Part shown: positions 19,475 to 29,679 of the stretch, in pieces
Position numbering within the stretch: the stretch's first letter is position 1
How the letters are laid out: the number at the start of each line of letters is the position of its first letter
NCBI GenBank assembly: GCA_963707635.1
Contig: OY970173.1
Location: 1,856,001 to 1,920,000 of the forward strand
DNA from: Candidatus Latescibacterota bacterium
GTDB taxonomy: Bacteria > Krumholzibacteriota > Krumholzibacteriia > WVZY01 > JAKEHA01
Reading direction: 5' to 3'
Length of the DNA stretch: 64,000 nucleotides
Position numbers and translations under genes: made by a program
Notes under the pieces: generated by a model
Databases searched by the model: none
Told to the model about the DNA's origin: nothing
What the model saw: only the letters and a program-made list of their open reading frames with translations

Positions 19475-21610
19475 ATGCGTAGCTGGAGGAGTAGCGGGTT
19501 TCTGTTTATGGTGGCGATTGGTTCCGCCGTCGCTCCGGCGTTGGCGCTCGACCTGAAGCCTCCGGTGGCGGACAAGCGGCCGCACCTGAGCGTGACCCAC
19601 GGCGACACGCTGCGCGACGACTACTTCTGGCTTCGGGAAAAGACCAGCCCGGACGTGGTGCGCTATCTGGAGGCCGAGAACGCCTACGTGGACGCCGTCA
19701 TGGAGCCGACGAAGGCGCTGCAGGAAACGCTCTACGGTGAAATGCTGGGGCGGATCAAGGAGACCGACGAGGAGGTCCCGTACCGGGATGGCGGCCACTA
19801 CTACTATTCACGGACCGAAGAGGGCAAGCAGTATGTCATCTACGCGCGGAAACGGGGGAGTCTCGAGGCGCCGGAGCAGGTGATCCTCGACGTGAACGAG
19901 CTGGCGACGGGCCACGCGTTCATGGGTGTGACCGACCTGACGGTGAGCGACGACGGGAATTTCCTCGCGTTTTCGACCGACACCACCGGCTTTCGCCAGT
20001 ATGACCTGCACGTGAAGGACCTGCGCACCGGGGTGATCCTGCCCGACCACGCCGAACGCGTGACGACGATCACGTGGGCGGCCGACAACCGGACGCTGTT
20101 CTACACCCAGGAGGACCCGGTGTCGAAGCGCTGGTACCGGCTCTACCGTCACGTGCTCGGTTCGAAAGACGCGGACGAACTGGTCTACGAGGAAAAGAAC
20201 GAGCTGTTCGACATCTGGGCGTGGCGTTCACGCAGCCATGCGTACGTCTTCGTAGGGTCGTCGAGCTCGACCACGAGCGAGATGTGGTTCATCCCGGCCG
20301 ATCGCTCCACGGCGCCCATGGCCTCGGTCGCCGGCAGGCGCGACGGGCGCGAATACTATATCGATCACGCCGGCGATCGTTTCTACCTGCGCACCAACGA
20401 TACCGGCCGGAACTTCCGGCTGGTGTCGGCGCCGGTCAACGCACCGGGCGAGGTGTGGACCGAGCTCGTGCCGCACCGCGACGACGTCATGCTGGAGGAC
20501 ATCGACTGCTTCGCCGGGCACTATGTGCTCGAGGAACGCGAGAACGGGGTACCACGCCTGCGCGTGGTGGATATCGGCAGCGGCGCCTCCCAGACCATCG
20601 ACATGCCCGAACCGGTCTACCAGGTGTATTCGAGCGACAACTACGAGTTCGACACCACCGTGTTCCGCTTCGGCTATGAATCGTTCATCACACCGGAGTC
20701 GATCTACGACTACGACGTGAAGACAAAGCAGCGCACGCTCCTCAAGCAGATGCCGGTCCTCGGCGGGTACGACCCGAAACGCTATCGTTCCGAGCGGCTC
20801 TACGCGACCGCGACCGACGGCACCCGCATTCCGATCTCCATCGTCTACCGGGTCGACGCCGGGGAAAAGAGCCCGCACGGCCGGCCGATGCTGCTGTTGG
20901 GCTATGGCTCCTACGGCATCTCGATGGATGTGTCGTTCAGCTCGAATCGCGTGAGCCTGCTGGACCGCGGCATGATCTACGGCATCGCGCACATCCGGGG
21001 GGGCGGCGAGCTCGGCAAGCGCTGGCACGAAGAAGGCCGCCTGATGACGAAGCGCAACACGTTCACCGATTTCATCGCCTGCGCGGAGTATCTGATCGCG
21101 CAGGGGTACACCTCGAAGGATCAGCTCGCCGCGACCGGGCGAAGCGCCGGGGGGCTGCTCATGGGAGCCATCGCCAACCTGCGACCCGATCTGTTCAAGG
21201 TGGTGTTCACCGCGGTGCCGTTCGTGGACGTGATGAACACGATGCTCGACGCCTCGCTCCCGCTCACGACCCAGGAATACCTGGAGTGGGGCGACCCCAA
21301 TCAGAAGGCGGCGTACGACTACATGAAGAGCTATTCGCCCTATGACAACGTAGCGCACAAGGCGTATCCGGTGATGCTGGTACGCACCTCGTTCAACGAC
21401 AGCCAGGTCATGTACTGGGAGCCGGCGAAGTGGGTCGCGAAGCTGCGCGCCGACAAGACCGACGACCACCTGCTGTTGTTCAAGACCAAGCTCGATCCCG
21501 GCGGGCACGGTGGGGCGTCGGGCCGCTACGACCGCCTGCGCGACACGGCATTCGAATACGCGTTTCTGCTGACCCAGCTCGGCGTGGTGCACACCGGGGC
21601 GACGCAGTAG
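19475..21610 (+). CDS. ptrB: Oligopeptidase B (S9A), with signal peptide
   Basis: D.YFWLR, GRSAGGLL, D.QV.YWEPAKW, GHGG.SGRY; AAGGAGG RBS. Confidence 0.92.
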   Translation: MRSWRSSGFLFMVAIGSAVAPALALDLKPPVADKRPHLSVTHGDTLRDDYFWLREKTSPDVVRYLEAENAYVDAVMEPTKALQETLYGEMLGRIKETDEEVPYRDGGHYYYSRTEEGKQYVIYARKRGSLEAPEQVILDVNELATGHAFMGVTDLTVSDDGNFLAFSTDTTGFRQYDLHVKDLRTGVILPDHAERVTTITWAADNRTLFYTQEDPVSKRWYRLYRHVLGSKDADELVYEEKNELFDIWAWRSRSHAYVFVGSSSSTTSEMWFIPADRSTAPMASVAGRRDGREYYIDHAGDRFYLRTNDTGRNFRLVSAPVNAPGEVWTELVPHRDDVMLEDIDCFAGHYVLEERENGVPRLRVVDIGSGASQTIDMPEPVYQVYSSDNYEFDTTVFRFGYESFITPESIYDYDVKTKQRTLLKQMPVLGGYDPKRYRSERLYATATDGTRIPISIVYRVDAGEKSPHGRPMLLLGYGSYGISMDVSFSSNRVSLLDRGMIYGIAHIRGGGELGKRWHEEGRLMTKRNTFTDFIACAEYLIAQGYTSKDQLAATGRSAGGLLMGAIANLRPDLFKVVFTAVPFVDVMNTMLDASLPLTTQEYLEWGDPNQKAAYDYMKSYSPYDNVAHKAYPVMLVRTSFNDSQVMYWEPAKWVAKLRADKTDDHLLLFKTKLDPGGHGGASGRYDRLRDTAFEYAFLLTQLGVVHTGATQ

Positions 21611-21616
21611 CCACCC

Positions 21617-22420
21617 ATGTCAGGAACGCGCGCCCCAAAACACGCCACGGCGTGGCTGCCCCTGCTGCACGAAATCGCCGACCGCGCGGACGGGATCGCG
21701 CTGCGTCTGTTTCGCGACGCCGGTCTTCGCGTCGAGAGCAAGGCGGACGATTCGCCGGTGAGCGAGGCCGATCGCGCCATCGAGACGATGGCGCGCGAGG
21801 TGATCGCGGCGCGCGCGCCCGAGACAGGTGTCTTCGGCGAGGAGGGGGGCGAGAGTCCGTCGGGTGACGGCACCCGGTTCATCATCGACCCGATCGATGG
21901 CACGCGTAATTTCGTGCGCGGCGTGCCCGTGTTTGGAACGCTGCTCGCGATCGAACAGGATGGCGTCGTGCTGGCGGGGGTGGTGTCGGCCCCGGCCTTG
22001 CGCGCACGCTGGCACGCCGCGCGCGGCGCGGGCGCATTTGCGGGCGCGAGGCGCATTCGCGTGTCCACGGTGAACGACCTGTCCCGCGCCCATGTCTTCC
22101 ACGGCGACTTGAGCGGGCGAACCGAGGGACCGCGGCCCGCCCGTCTCGCGGAGCTGTTCGCCGCCGCCGAGCGCACCCGCGGCTTCGGCGATTTCTATCA
22201 GCACATGCTGGTCGCGGAAGGCGCCGGTGAAGTCGCGATCGACCCGAAGATGCAGCCGTGGGACATCGCGGCGGTGAAGATCGTGGTGGAGGAAGCCGGC
22301 GGCCGTTCGACGTCGTTCGCGGGCGCAGCGACCATCCACGGCGGAAACCTCGTGTCCACCAACGGGGTGCTGCACGCGCGGGCGCTCGAGTTTCTGGACA
22401 GTACGCCACGGTCGCGCTAG
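21617..22420 (+). CDS. hisN: Inositol monophosphatase family, HisN-type histidinol-phosphatase
   Basis: K.D.SPV..AD, GEE, IIDPIDGT.NF.RG.P.F.TL, RGFGDFY, WDIAA. Confidence 0.75.
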   Translation: MSGTRAPKHATAWLPLLHEIADRADGIALRLFRDAGLRVESKADDSPVSEADRAIETMAREVIAARAPETGVFGEEGGESPSGDGTRFIIDPIDGTRNFVRGVPVFGTLLAIEQDGVVLAGVVSAPALRARWHAARGAGAFAGARRIRVSTVNDLSRAHVFHGDLSGRTEGPRPARLAELFAAAERTRGFGDFYQHMLVAEGAGEVAIDPKMQPWDIAAVKIVVEEAGGRSTSFAGAATIHGGNLVSTNGVLHARALEFLDSTPRSR

Positions 22421-22429
22421 CATATCCGC

Positions 22430-22879
22430 ATGCGTCCGAAGCGCGTCTTTCCACCGTTCTACTTCCTGCTGACCGTCGGGTTGATGATCGTGCTCGACCG
22501 CTGGGCGCCGGGCGTTCGCTGGCTGACCCGTCCGCGCACGCTGGCCGGCGTCTTGCCGTTCGTGGTCGGGCTGGGATTCATGATCGCGACCATGCGGTCG
22601 TTTCGTCGCCACCAGACGACGATCAAGCCGTTCGAGGCATCGGCGACGCTGGTCACAGGCGGGCCGTTTCGGGTATCGCGCAACCCGATCTACCTGGGGA
22701 TGACGCTGATGCTGCTGGGTGTCGCGCTCTTCCTCGGCTCGGTGACACCGCTCATCCTCGTGGTCCTGTTTGCGCTCTGGATCCAGGCGCGCTTCATCGT
22801 GAACGAAGAGGCCCACCTCACGGAACAATTCGGCGACACGTATCGCGCCTACCAGGCGAGCGTGCGCCGCTGGGTGTGA
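22430..22879 (+). CDS. Isoprenylcysteine carboxyl/phospholipid methyltransferase family membrane protein
   Basis: LVTGGPFRVSRNPIYLG...EE..L...FG..Y..Y...VRRW. Confidence 0.88.
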   Translation: MRPKRVFPPFYFLLTVGLMIVLDRWAPGVRWLTRPRTLAGVLPFVVGLGFMIATMRSFRRHQTTIKPFEASATLVTGGPFRVSRNPIYLGMTLMLLGVALFLGSVTPLILVVLFALWIQARFIVNEEAHLTEQFGDTYRAYQASVRRWV

Positions 22880-22884
22880 TCACG

Positions 22885-23202
22885 ATGGCGTGGACGTATC
22901 TGCTGATTGCGGGGGTGATGGAGTGGGGTTGGCCGGTGGGCCTGAAGCTGGCGGCGAACCCGGCGTACCGGCTGTGGTCGGTCGTGCTCGCGGTGGTGTC
23001 GATCGTCCTGAGCAGTTACTTCCTTTTCGTGGCTCAGCGGACGATTCCGATGGGGACCGCCTACGCGGTATGGACGGGGATCGGCGCGGTGGGGACTTTT
23101 CTGCTCGGGATTCTCATCTTCCACGAGCCCGCGACGCTGGCGAGGTTCTTCTTCGTGAGCATGATCATCGGCGGGATCCTGGGGCTCAAGTGGGCGAGCT
23201 GA
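22885..23202 (+). CDS. SMR/DMT small multidrug transporter (SugE/Gdx-like)
   Basis: MAW..L.IAG..E.GW..GLK and IPMGTAYAVWTGIGAVGT. Confidence 0.88.
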   Translation: MAWTYLLIAGVMEWGWPVGLKLAANPAYRLWSVVLAVVSIVLSSYFLFVAQRTIPMGTAYAVWTGIGAVGTFLLGILIFHEPATLARFFFVSMIIGGILGLKWAS

Positions 23203-23249
23203 GATTTGTCCGGCGCGAGCTCCATCGGACGCGAGCGGGCAAATCTCGA

Positions 23250-23310
23250 TTGACAGGGCGTCGGAGCCTTTGTTACGGTTCAACCCAAGGATGAGCGCTT
23301 GAGCGCTCAT
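23250..23310 (+). promoter_or_regulatory. Putative sigma70 promoter with downstream palindromic operator
   Basis: TTGACA (23250)-N18-TACGGT with extended TG; perfect inverted repeat ATGAGCGCT-TG-AGCGCTCAT at 23291-23310. Confidence 0.5.
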
Positions 23311-23400
23311 TTCTCATAATGGTCGGGGCTGGTCGGGAAGATGTCGCGCGTTCCCCGATATCGACCGCCCCGCACCCCGGTCGCCGGAGAGAGTTGCACG

Positions 23401-24201
23401 ATGAATGATTGGCTGCCGGGGAGGCTCAAGAAACACTACATTAGACCCTTCCTGCGCTATTTGACCGACCGCGAAACGTACCGTCGTGTGTACGAACCGT
23501 CGGAATTCTTCGATCAGATTCACCACCTTGGCGAGAACGGCATCGACGCGGACACCATCTCGCCGGGCTACCCTATCGTCGATGCGACTTACCACTACAA
23601 CGCCGTCGAGAACGGGATAATGGCTCACTTCAAGGAGCGGGGAATCCACCCGGACGTGGTGCTCGACATCGGCGCCGGGTCGGGGCACTGGGTGGACTTC
23701 TACACGACGGTGTACGCACCCCGCGCCGTGCACGCGGCGGATATCTCGGCGGAGTCGGTACGGAAACTGAAGAAGCGATTCGAGCTCCTACCCAACGTGC
23801 ACGTGCACCAAACCGACCTCGTCTCGTCCGACCAATGGGCAAACGGCACCTTCAACGTGATCAACGCGATCGGCGTGATGTTCCACATCGTGGACGACCA
23901 CAAATGGGCACGCACTGTCCAGTGGTGCAGCGACAAGTTGGTGCCCGGCGGTGTGTTAGTCGTCGGCGGGCTCTTTGGGCCCTTCAGTGCCAACGTCCAG
24001 TTCAACCCCGTGCGCTTCGACTCGGCCGACGAGATCGAGCACGGCACCGCCGGGTTGGCCTGCAACAAGCGCGTGCGTTCACGCTGGAAGTGGTCGCGTA
24101 CCTTGAAAGCGTGCGGGTTTCGCAGAGTGACCTACCGGAGGACGCACATCGCGCGCTCGATCCAGACGCCCGAGAACAACCTGCTGTTTGCGGTGAAATG
24201 A
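23401..24201 (+). CDS. Class I SAM-dependent methyltransferase
   Basis: VLDIGAGSG motif I; VMFHI; LVPGG. Confidence 0.8.
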   Translation: MNDWLPGRLKKHYIRPFLRYLTDRETYRRVYEPSEFFDQIHHLGENGIDADTISPGYPIVDATYHYNAVENGIMAHFKERGIHPDVVLDIGAGSGHWVDFYTTVYAPRAVHAADISAESVRKLKKRFELLPNVHVHQTDLVSSDQWANGTFNVINAIGVMFHIVDDHKWARTVQWCSDKLVPGGVLVVGGLFGPFSANVQFNPVRFDSADEIEHGTAGLACNKRVRSRWKWSRTLKACGFRRVTYRRTHIARSIQTPENNLLFAVK

Positions 24202-25194
24202 TTGGGGGCTAAGCCGCGCATCGTCACGGAAGAGATCTGGACGCAAGAGTGGCAGCGCGTAGCGGATTCGTGCTCGTACGCGACTTTCTTCCACACGCCG
24301 CTCTGGTACGGGGCCTTTAGCCGCATGGATTCCCACGCGCGGGTTGCCACACGCACGGTCCGCTTCGCGGACGGCAAGTCGGCCGTACTGCCCCTCATGG
24401 TGAGGCGCCGCTACGGAGGCCTGGTGCGCGCTTACGAGACGTCACCGGCGGGGTGTTACGGCGGTTGGATCAGCGTGGACGATCTGGGCCCGGAGCACGT
24501 GCACGCGCTGGCCTCGCTCATCACCGAAGGGCTCGGCGACGTGTACTGGCGCGTCAACCCGTTCGACCCGGCGGCGGCCGCGCTGGCGGTGCCCGGCGCC
24601 GTTGCGGACTCGACCGAGGCGCTGTTTCTCGACCGTTTCCCCGACGAAGATGCGCTGCGCGCGCATTACCGTCACAGCGTACGCAAACAGATCAACAAGG
24701 GCGAGCGCTTCGGGCTGGCTGTGCGGCCGGCTTCGGACTGGGGAGACTGGGAGGCGTACTTCGAGATCTACCGCCTATCGCTGCAGCGCTGGGTGACGCC
24801 ATCTTCGTACTACCCCCTCGATTTCTTCCGCGGTCTCTTCGAGGCGAAAAGCGAGCGAATACGGTTGTGGTTGGTCACACATGGGAGCCAGATCGTTGGC
24901 GGAAACCTGAACTTCTACCAAGGAACGCACTGCGTGGAATGGCACGCGGTGTTCGTAGACGAGTACTTCCGGCACGGCTCGCGTAACTTTCTGGTGCACA
25001 AACTAATCCTCGACGCGCACGCGCGAGGGTTTCGCGTGTACGATTTCAACCCCAGCGGAAGCAACGAGAGCACGCGCGCGTTCAAGCGCAGCTACGGAAC
25101 TGAGTCTTTGGCGGCGAATGTGTTCGAACGGCGCCGTTTCAAGGCGGTGCGATCCATGCTGCGGCGCTCGCGAGGGCCGCAAACCACGCGTTGA
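24202..25194 (+). CDS. GNAT-family (FemAB/CelD-like) acyltransferase
   Basis: ATFFHTP.W, YGGW, RKQINK, YDFNPSG...FKRS.G; TTG start adjacent to the upstream stop. Confidence 0.8.
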   Translation: MGAKPRIVTEEIWTQEWQRVADSCSYATFFHTPLWYGAFSRMDSHARVATRTVRFADGKSAVLPLMVRRRYGGLVRAYETSPAGCYGGWISVDDLGPEHVHALASLITEGLGDVYWRVNPFDPAAAALAVPGAVADSTEALFLDRFPDEDALRAHYRHSVRKQINKGERFGLAVRPASDWGDWEAYFEIYRLSLQRWVTPSSYYPLDFFRGLFEAKSERIRLWLVTHGSQIVGGNLNFYQGTHCVEWHAVFVDEYFRHGSRNFLVHKLILDAHARGFRVYDFNPSGSNESTRAFKRSYGTESLAANVFERRRFKAVRSMLRRSRGPQTTR

Positions 25195-25913
25195 TGGATT
25201 TCCTGATTTTGGACGCACTGGATCAATACTACGGAAGAGTTGGAATCACGTCGCCTGCCTATTGGGTCTACCGGATCGCCGGGCACGGCATCCGCGAACG
25301 GGCGGCTCATTACTTCTCCGGCCGGCTCCTGGACGTGGGGTGCGGAACCAAGGCGAAGCAGCTCCTGGTGGGCGACTTGGTCGACGAGTACGTGGGCCTC
25401 GACCACGAGGCAAGCCCGCACGGCCTCGCGCGGGTCGACCTCGTGGGAACGGCCTACGAGATTCCGGAAGCGGACGGGGCCTTCGACTGCATCCTGTGCA
25501 CGGCGGTGTTGGAGCACCTCGAGGACCCTGCGCGGGCCCTGCGCGAGTCGCTGCGTGTGCTCAGACCAGGCGGTTACGCGCTTTACACGGTGCCTCTCTT
25601 CTGGCCCGTGCACGAAGAGCCGCGCGATTTCTTCCGGTACACCGAGTTCGGGTGCCGCTATCTCTTCGAGAACGCAGGCTTCGACATAATCGAAATCGCC
25701 CCGATGTCGGGCTACTGGATCACGGCGGGCGTGATGCGGGCGAGCTTCATCAACTCTATGCGGCTGGGGCGGGCGCGCGTGTTGGTGAGCGCCGCCGTCG
25801 CCGTCGTCCACCTAGTCACGCCGATCCTTGACCGTCTGGAACGACGCTTCAATCGCGGCGCCCATCGTTGGACGTGGATGTACGTCGTGGTCGCGCGCAA
25901 GCCGGAGTCGTAA
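25194..25913 (+). CDS. Class I SAM-dependent methyltransferase (Methyltransf_11-like)
   Basis: LLDVGCG, FDCILCTAVLEH..DP, LRPGG, H.EP.DFFRYT. Confidence 0.88.
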   Translation: MDFLILDALDQYYGRVGITSPAYWVYRIAGHGIRERAAHYFSGRLLDVGCGTKAKQLLVGDLVDEYVGLDHEASPHGLARVDLVGTAYEIPEADGAFDCILCTAVLEHLEDPARALRESLRVLRPGGYALYTVPLFWPVHEEPRDFFRYTEFGCRYLFENAGFDIIEIAPMSGYWITAGVMRASFINSMRLGRARVLVSAAVAVVHLVTPILDRLERRFNRGAHRWTWMYVVVARKPES

Positions 25914-26839
25914 TGGCCAGCATCGTCGGGAAGATGGTGCATCGCGCACTGCGCGCCCCGGAGGAAGCGGCGGAAGCGGTGTTTGAAAGCGCGCACCACC
26001 CGCGCTCCGGCGCGCCGCCGTCGGCGCCTGTCTTCATCCTGGGGCTGCCCCGCTCGGGAACGACGCTGATCTACCAGTACATCGTCCATCGCAAGCACGT
26101 CGCGTATTTTACCAACGGGGTCGGAAAGCGTGTGTACAGCCCCTGCCTGATCAGCTATTTGCAGCGCCGGCGGAACGAACCGTACCGCTCGGACTTTGTC
26201 AGCAAGTACGGGCGCAGCGATGGCCCAATGGCGCCGCGAGAGGGCGGCTCGTTATGGCTGCGATTCTTCGACCTTGACGCCTACCAATCGTTCGCCGATC
26301 TGTCACCTCGTGTGGTGAGCCGGCTGCGCGTGCTGGTGGGGTGCGTCGAGGCGATTTTCGACGGTGCTCCGTTCGTCAACAAGAACGTCAAGCACCTGCT
26401 CCGCATCGACGCGTTGGCAAAGATATTCCCGGATTCGAGCTTCCTCTTGATCAACCGGGATATCGCCGACGTGGCCCTTTCCGTGCTGCGGGGGCGCGTA
26501 CAATATTCCGGGGGCGCCGCGGAGTGGTTCTCGGCCAAGCCTGAAAACTACAAAGAGCTGGTCGATCTCGACCCGGTCGACCAGATCGTAGGGCAGTTGG
26601 TCGCGCTGGACCGGCGGCTACGCGCTGACCTCGCCCTCTTGGAGCCGTCGCGCGTGCACGAGGTACACTACGATGACTTTTGCGCGCGACCCGACAACGT
26701 CGTGGATGGTGTCCCCGTGCTGGCGCGATGCGCCGAGAAGAACGCGGCGGTGACGTCGTTCGAGGTCCGACACAACCGACCCCAGAACGAGGACGAAGAA
26801 CGCCTGGTGGAGGGCGTACGCCGGGCGTTCAGGGCGTAG
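25913..26839 (+). CDS. Sulfotransferase family protein
   Basis: PVFILGLPRSGTT 5'-PAPS-binding loop; RD..DVA.S 3'-phosphate motif; YDDF. Confidence 0.88.
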   Translation: MASIVGKMVHRALRAPEEAAEAVFESAHHPRSGAPPSAPVFILGLPRSGTTLIYQYIVHRKHVAYFTNGVGKRVYSPCLISYLQRRRNEPYRSDFVSKYGRSDGPMAPREGGSLWLRFFDLDAYQSFADLSPRVVSRLRVLVGCVEAIFDGAPFVNKNVKHLLRIDALAKIFPDSSFLLINRDIADVALSVLRGRVQYSGGAAEWFSAKPENYKELVDLDPVDQIVGQLVALDRRLRADLALLEPSRVHEVHYDDFCARPDNVVDGVPVLARCAEKNAAVTSFEVRHNRPQNEDEERLVEGVRRAFRA

Positions 26840-26953
26840 GTTTGTGCGATGCCGGCAGCGCGGGCCCGCTCGGACAGGTAGCACCAGCGCCGTTCCGGCC
26901 CGGCGGAGCCGAGACAGGTGAGTTGTGGCGACCAACGCGAATTTGAGCGGACC

Positions 26954-28789
26954 TTAGACGGTGGCGGGCTTCTTGGCCGCCACCTTCCGCTCCTGGTCCT
27001 TGAGGATCTTCTTCCGCAGCCGGATCGACTTGGGCGTGATCTCCACCAGCTCGTCGTCCTCGATGAACTCCAGCGCGAATTCGAGCGTCATCTCGCGCGG
27101 CGGTGTGAGCTGAATCGCTTCGTCCGCCCCCGACGCCCGCATATTCGTGAGCTTCTTCTCTTTGATCGCGTTGACGACCAGGTCCGCACCCTTGCTGTTG
27201 GCCCCGATGATCATGCCTTCGTAGACCGGGTCGCCCGGGCGGATGAGAATTTCGCCGCGCTCCTCGAGGCTCCACAGGGCGTACGCCACCGCGGTGCCGG
27301 GGTGGAGCGCGATCTGGACGCCGTGGGTTCGCTTCGGCAACTCGCCTTTGTACGCCTGGTACTCGTAGAAATTCTGGTACATGACGCCGGTGCCGCGCGT
27401 CATGGTGAGGAACTCGCTGCGGAAACCGATGAGGGCGCGGGTCGCGATGATGAACTCCATCCGAATCGTGCCCACCGCGCTGTGGGACATCGATTTCATC
27501 TCGCCCTTGCGCTTGCCGAGCGCGTCGATCACGGAGCCCTCGTACCCGGGGTCCACTTCGACCACGACTTCCTCGACTGGCTCCAGGATCTCGTCTTCGA
27601 CCTGCTTCAGGATCACCCGCGGCCGCGAGACCTCCATTTCGTAGCCTTCGCGGCGCATGGTCTCGATCAGGATCGCGAGGTGGAGCTCACCCCGCCCGGA
27701 CACCTTGAAGCGCTCGCCGCCGTCGGCGTCTTCGACCCGGATCCCCACGTTGATCATCGCTTCGTGTTCGAGGCGCTCGCGGATATGCCGCGAGGTCAGA
27801 AAGCGTCCCCCGTCCTTGCCCGAGAGCGGGCTGGTGCTGTGGGAGAAGAACATCGAGATGGTGGGTTCGTCGATCTTGATCAGCGGCAGCGCCTCCGGGC
27901 GTTCGGGAGAGGCCAGGGTCTCGCCGACGTGGACGTCCTCGATCCCTGCGATGGAGACGATGTCACCGGCGAGGGCGGACTGGACCTCGTGACGCTTCAG
28001 CCCGGTGTACCGTAGAATCCGCGTCACCTTTGAGCGGACGGAGGTCCCGTCCCGTTTGATGAGGATGACGGGGTCGCCGATCTTGACCACGCCGTGATAA
28101 ATGCGCCCGCTCGCGATCCGACCCACATACGAGTCGTAGTCGAGCATGGTGACCAGCATCTGAAAGGGGTGGTCGACTTCGGCGATTGGCGGCAATACGC
28201 GGTGGACGATGGTCTCGAGGAGCGCCTTCATGTCGGTGGCGGGTTCGTCGAGATCCAGGGTGGCCCAGCCGAGCTTTCCGGACGCGTATACGATGGGGAA
28301 GTCGAGCTGCTCGTCGGTGGCATTCAACTCGCAAAACAGGTCGAAGGTCAGGTCGGCGACTTCGTGTGGGCGGCAGTGCGGCCGGTCGACCTTGTTGATG
28401 ACCACGATGGGCTTGAGGTGCAGCTCGAGCGATTTCTTGAGTACGAACTTGGTCTGTGGCATCGGGCCCTCGAACGCGTCGACCAGCAGCAGCACGCCGT
28501 CGACCATGCGCAGGATCCGCTCCACCTCGCTGCCAAAGTCGGCGTGGCCGGGGGTGTCGACGATGTTGATCGTCAGCTCCTTGTACCGGATCGAGGCGTT
28601 CTTGGAGAAAATCGTGATCCCGCGCTCCTTCTCGAGCGGGTTCGAGTCGAGGATCGTCACTTCGCCTTCCTTGAAGGCGTAGGCCCCGGTCTGCTTCAGG
28701 AGCGCGTCGACCAGGGTGGTCTTCCCGTGGTCGACGTGGGCGATGATCGCGATATTGCGGACGTCTTTGCGTCGTTTCTGATTCGGCAT
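26954..28789 (-). CDS. typA: Translational GTPase TypA/BipA
   Basis: RNIAIIAHVDHGKTTLVD, ERGITI, DTPGHADF, GRGELHL, KKLTNMRASG, DDELVEITP. Confidence 0.97.
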   Translation of the reverse strand: MPNQKRRKDVRNIAIIAHVDHGKTTLVDALLKQTGAYAFKEGEVTILDSNPLEKERGITIFSKNASIRYKELTINIVDTPGHADFGSEVERILRMVDGVLLLVDAFEGPMPQTKFVLKKSLELHLKPIVVINKVDRPHCRPHEVADLTFDLFCELNATDEQLDFPIVYASGKLGWATLDLDEPATDMKALLETIVHRVLPPIAEVDHPFQMLVTMLDYDSYVGRIASGRIYHGVVKIGDPVILIKRDGTSVRSKVTRILRYTGLKRHEVQSALAGDIVSIAGIEDVHVGETLASPERPEALPLIKIDEPTISMFFSHSTSPLSGKDGGRFLTSRHIRERLEHEAMINVGIRVEDADGGERFKVSGRGELHLAILIETMRREGYEMEVSRPRVILKQVEDEILEPVEEVVVEVDPGYEGSVIDALGKRKGEMKSMSHSAVGTIRMEFIIATRALIGFRSEFLTMTRGTGVMYQNFYEYQAYKGELPKRTHGVQIALHPGTAVAYALWSLEERGEILIRPGDPVYEGMIIGANSKGADLVVNAIKEKKLTNMRASGADEAIQLTPPREMTLEFALEFIEDDELVEITPKSIRLRKKILKDQERKVAAKKPATV

Positions 28790-28917
28790 GGTCCGAGGTG
28801 GCCCGAGAGGGGTCCGATTGGATGACAAAAAAGGAAGGCCGCTCGATACGGCCTTCGTTGCGCACGATTGCGTAGGCATCTTAATATAGGCGAAACCTGC
28901 GCCGAGGCGCAAGCCCG

Positions 28918-29679
28918 ATGAGCCACCCCGAGGACCCGCAACCACCCCGCATGCGTGCTCGCATGGTCGAGACGATTCGCCGCCTGTGGGCGCGCCGCTT
29001 CTTGCGCGTGGCGGCGTGGCTCGCGCTGGTGGGGCTGACGGCGACGGTCGTGCCGGTGGTCGCCCTGCGCTGGGTTGACCCGCCGACGTCCGCGTTCATG
29101 CTCGAGCGGCGGGTCGAGGGGTTGGCGAACCCCGCCCGGCGCGTGCCCGTCGACTATCAATGGAAGGACTGGGAGGCGGTGTCGCCGAACGCGCGGCTCG
29201 CCATGGTGGCGGCCGAGGATCAGAAGTTTCTCGAGCACGAAGGGTTCGATTTCGAGTCGATCGAGAAAGCGGTGGAGTCGAACAAGCGGCGCGGGCGAAC
29301 GCGCGGGGCCAGCACGATATCGCAGCAGGTGGCGAAGAACCTCTTCCTGTGGCCGGGCAAGAACTACTTTCGCAAGGTTCTCGAAGCGGGCTACACCATT
29401 CTGATCGAAGCGTTCTGGCCGAAGCGGAGGATTCTGGAGGTCTATTTGAACATCGCGGAATTTGGCGACGGCACCTACGGCGTGGAGGCGGCGTCGCGCC
29501 GTTTCTTCCACAAGTCGTCGTCGCGGCTCACCCGCTACGAGGGGGCGTTGCTGGCGGCCGTGCTGCCCAACCCGAAACGCATGCAGGCGGACCGGCCGAC
29601 GCGCTACGTGGAGCGCCGCGCGTGGTGGATCGAGCGGCAGATGATGCGCCTTGGATATCACCACCTCGATGAACTCTGA
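28918..29679 (+). CDS. mtgA: Monofunctional peptidoglycan transglycosylase
   Basis: AEDQKF..H.GFD, RGASTISQQVAKNLFLW, KRRILEVYLN. Confidence 0.93.
   Translation: MSHPEDPQPPRMRARMVETIRRLWARRFLRVAAWLALVGLTATVVPVVALRWVDPPTSAFMLERRVEGLANPARRVPVDYQWKDWEAVSPNARLAMVAAEDQKFLEHEGFDFESIEKAVESNKRRGRTRGASTISQQVAKNLFLWPGKNYFRKVLEAGYTILIEAFWPKRRILEVYLNIAEFGDGTYGVEAASRRFFHKSSSRLTRYEGALLAAVLPNPKRMQADRPTRYVERRAWWIERQMMRLGYHHLDEL

Noticed and set aside
22860..22890. Guanidine riboswitch before the SugE/Gdx-like gene
   Set aside because: Only 5 nt separate it from the upstream gene; no riboswitch motif seen
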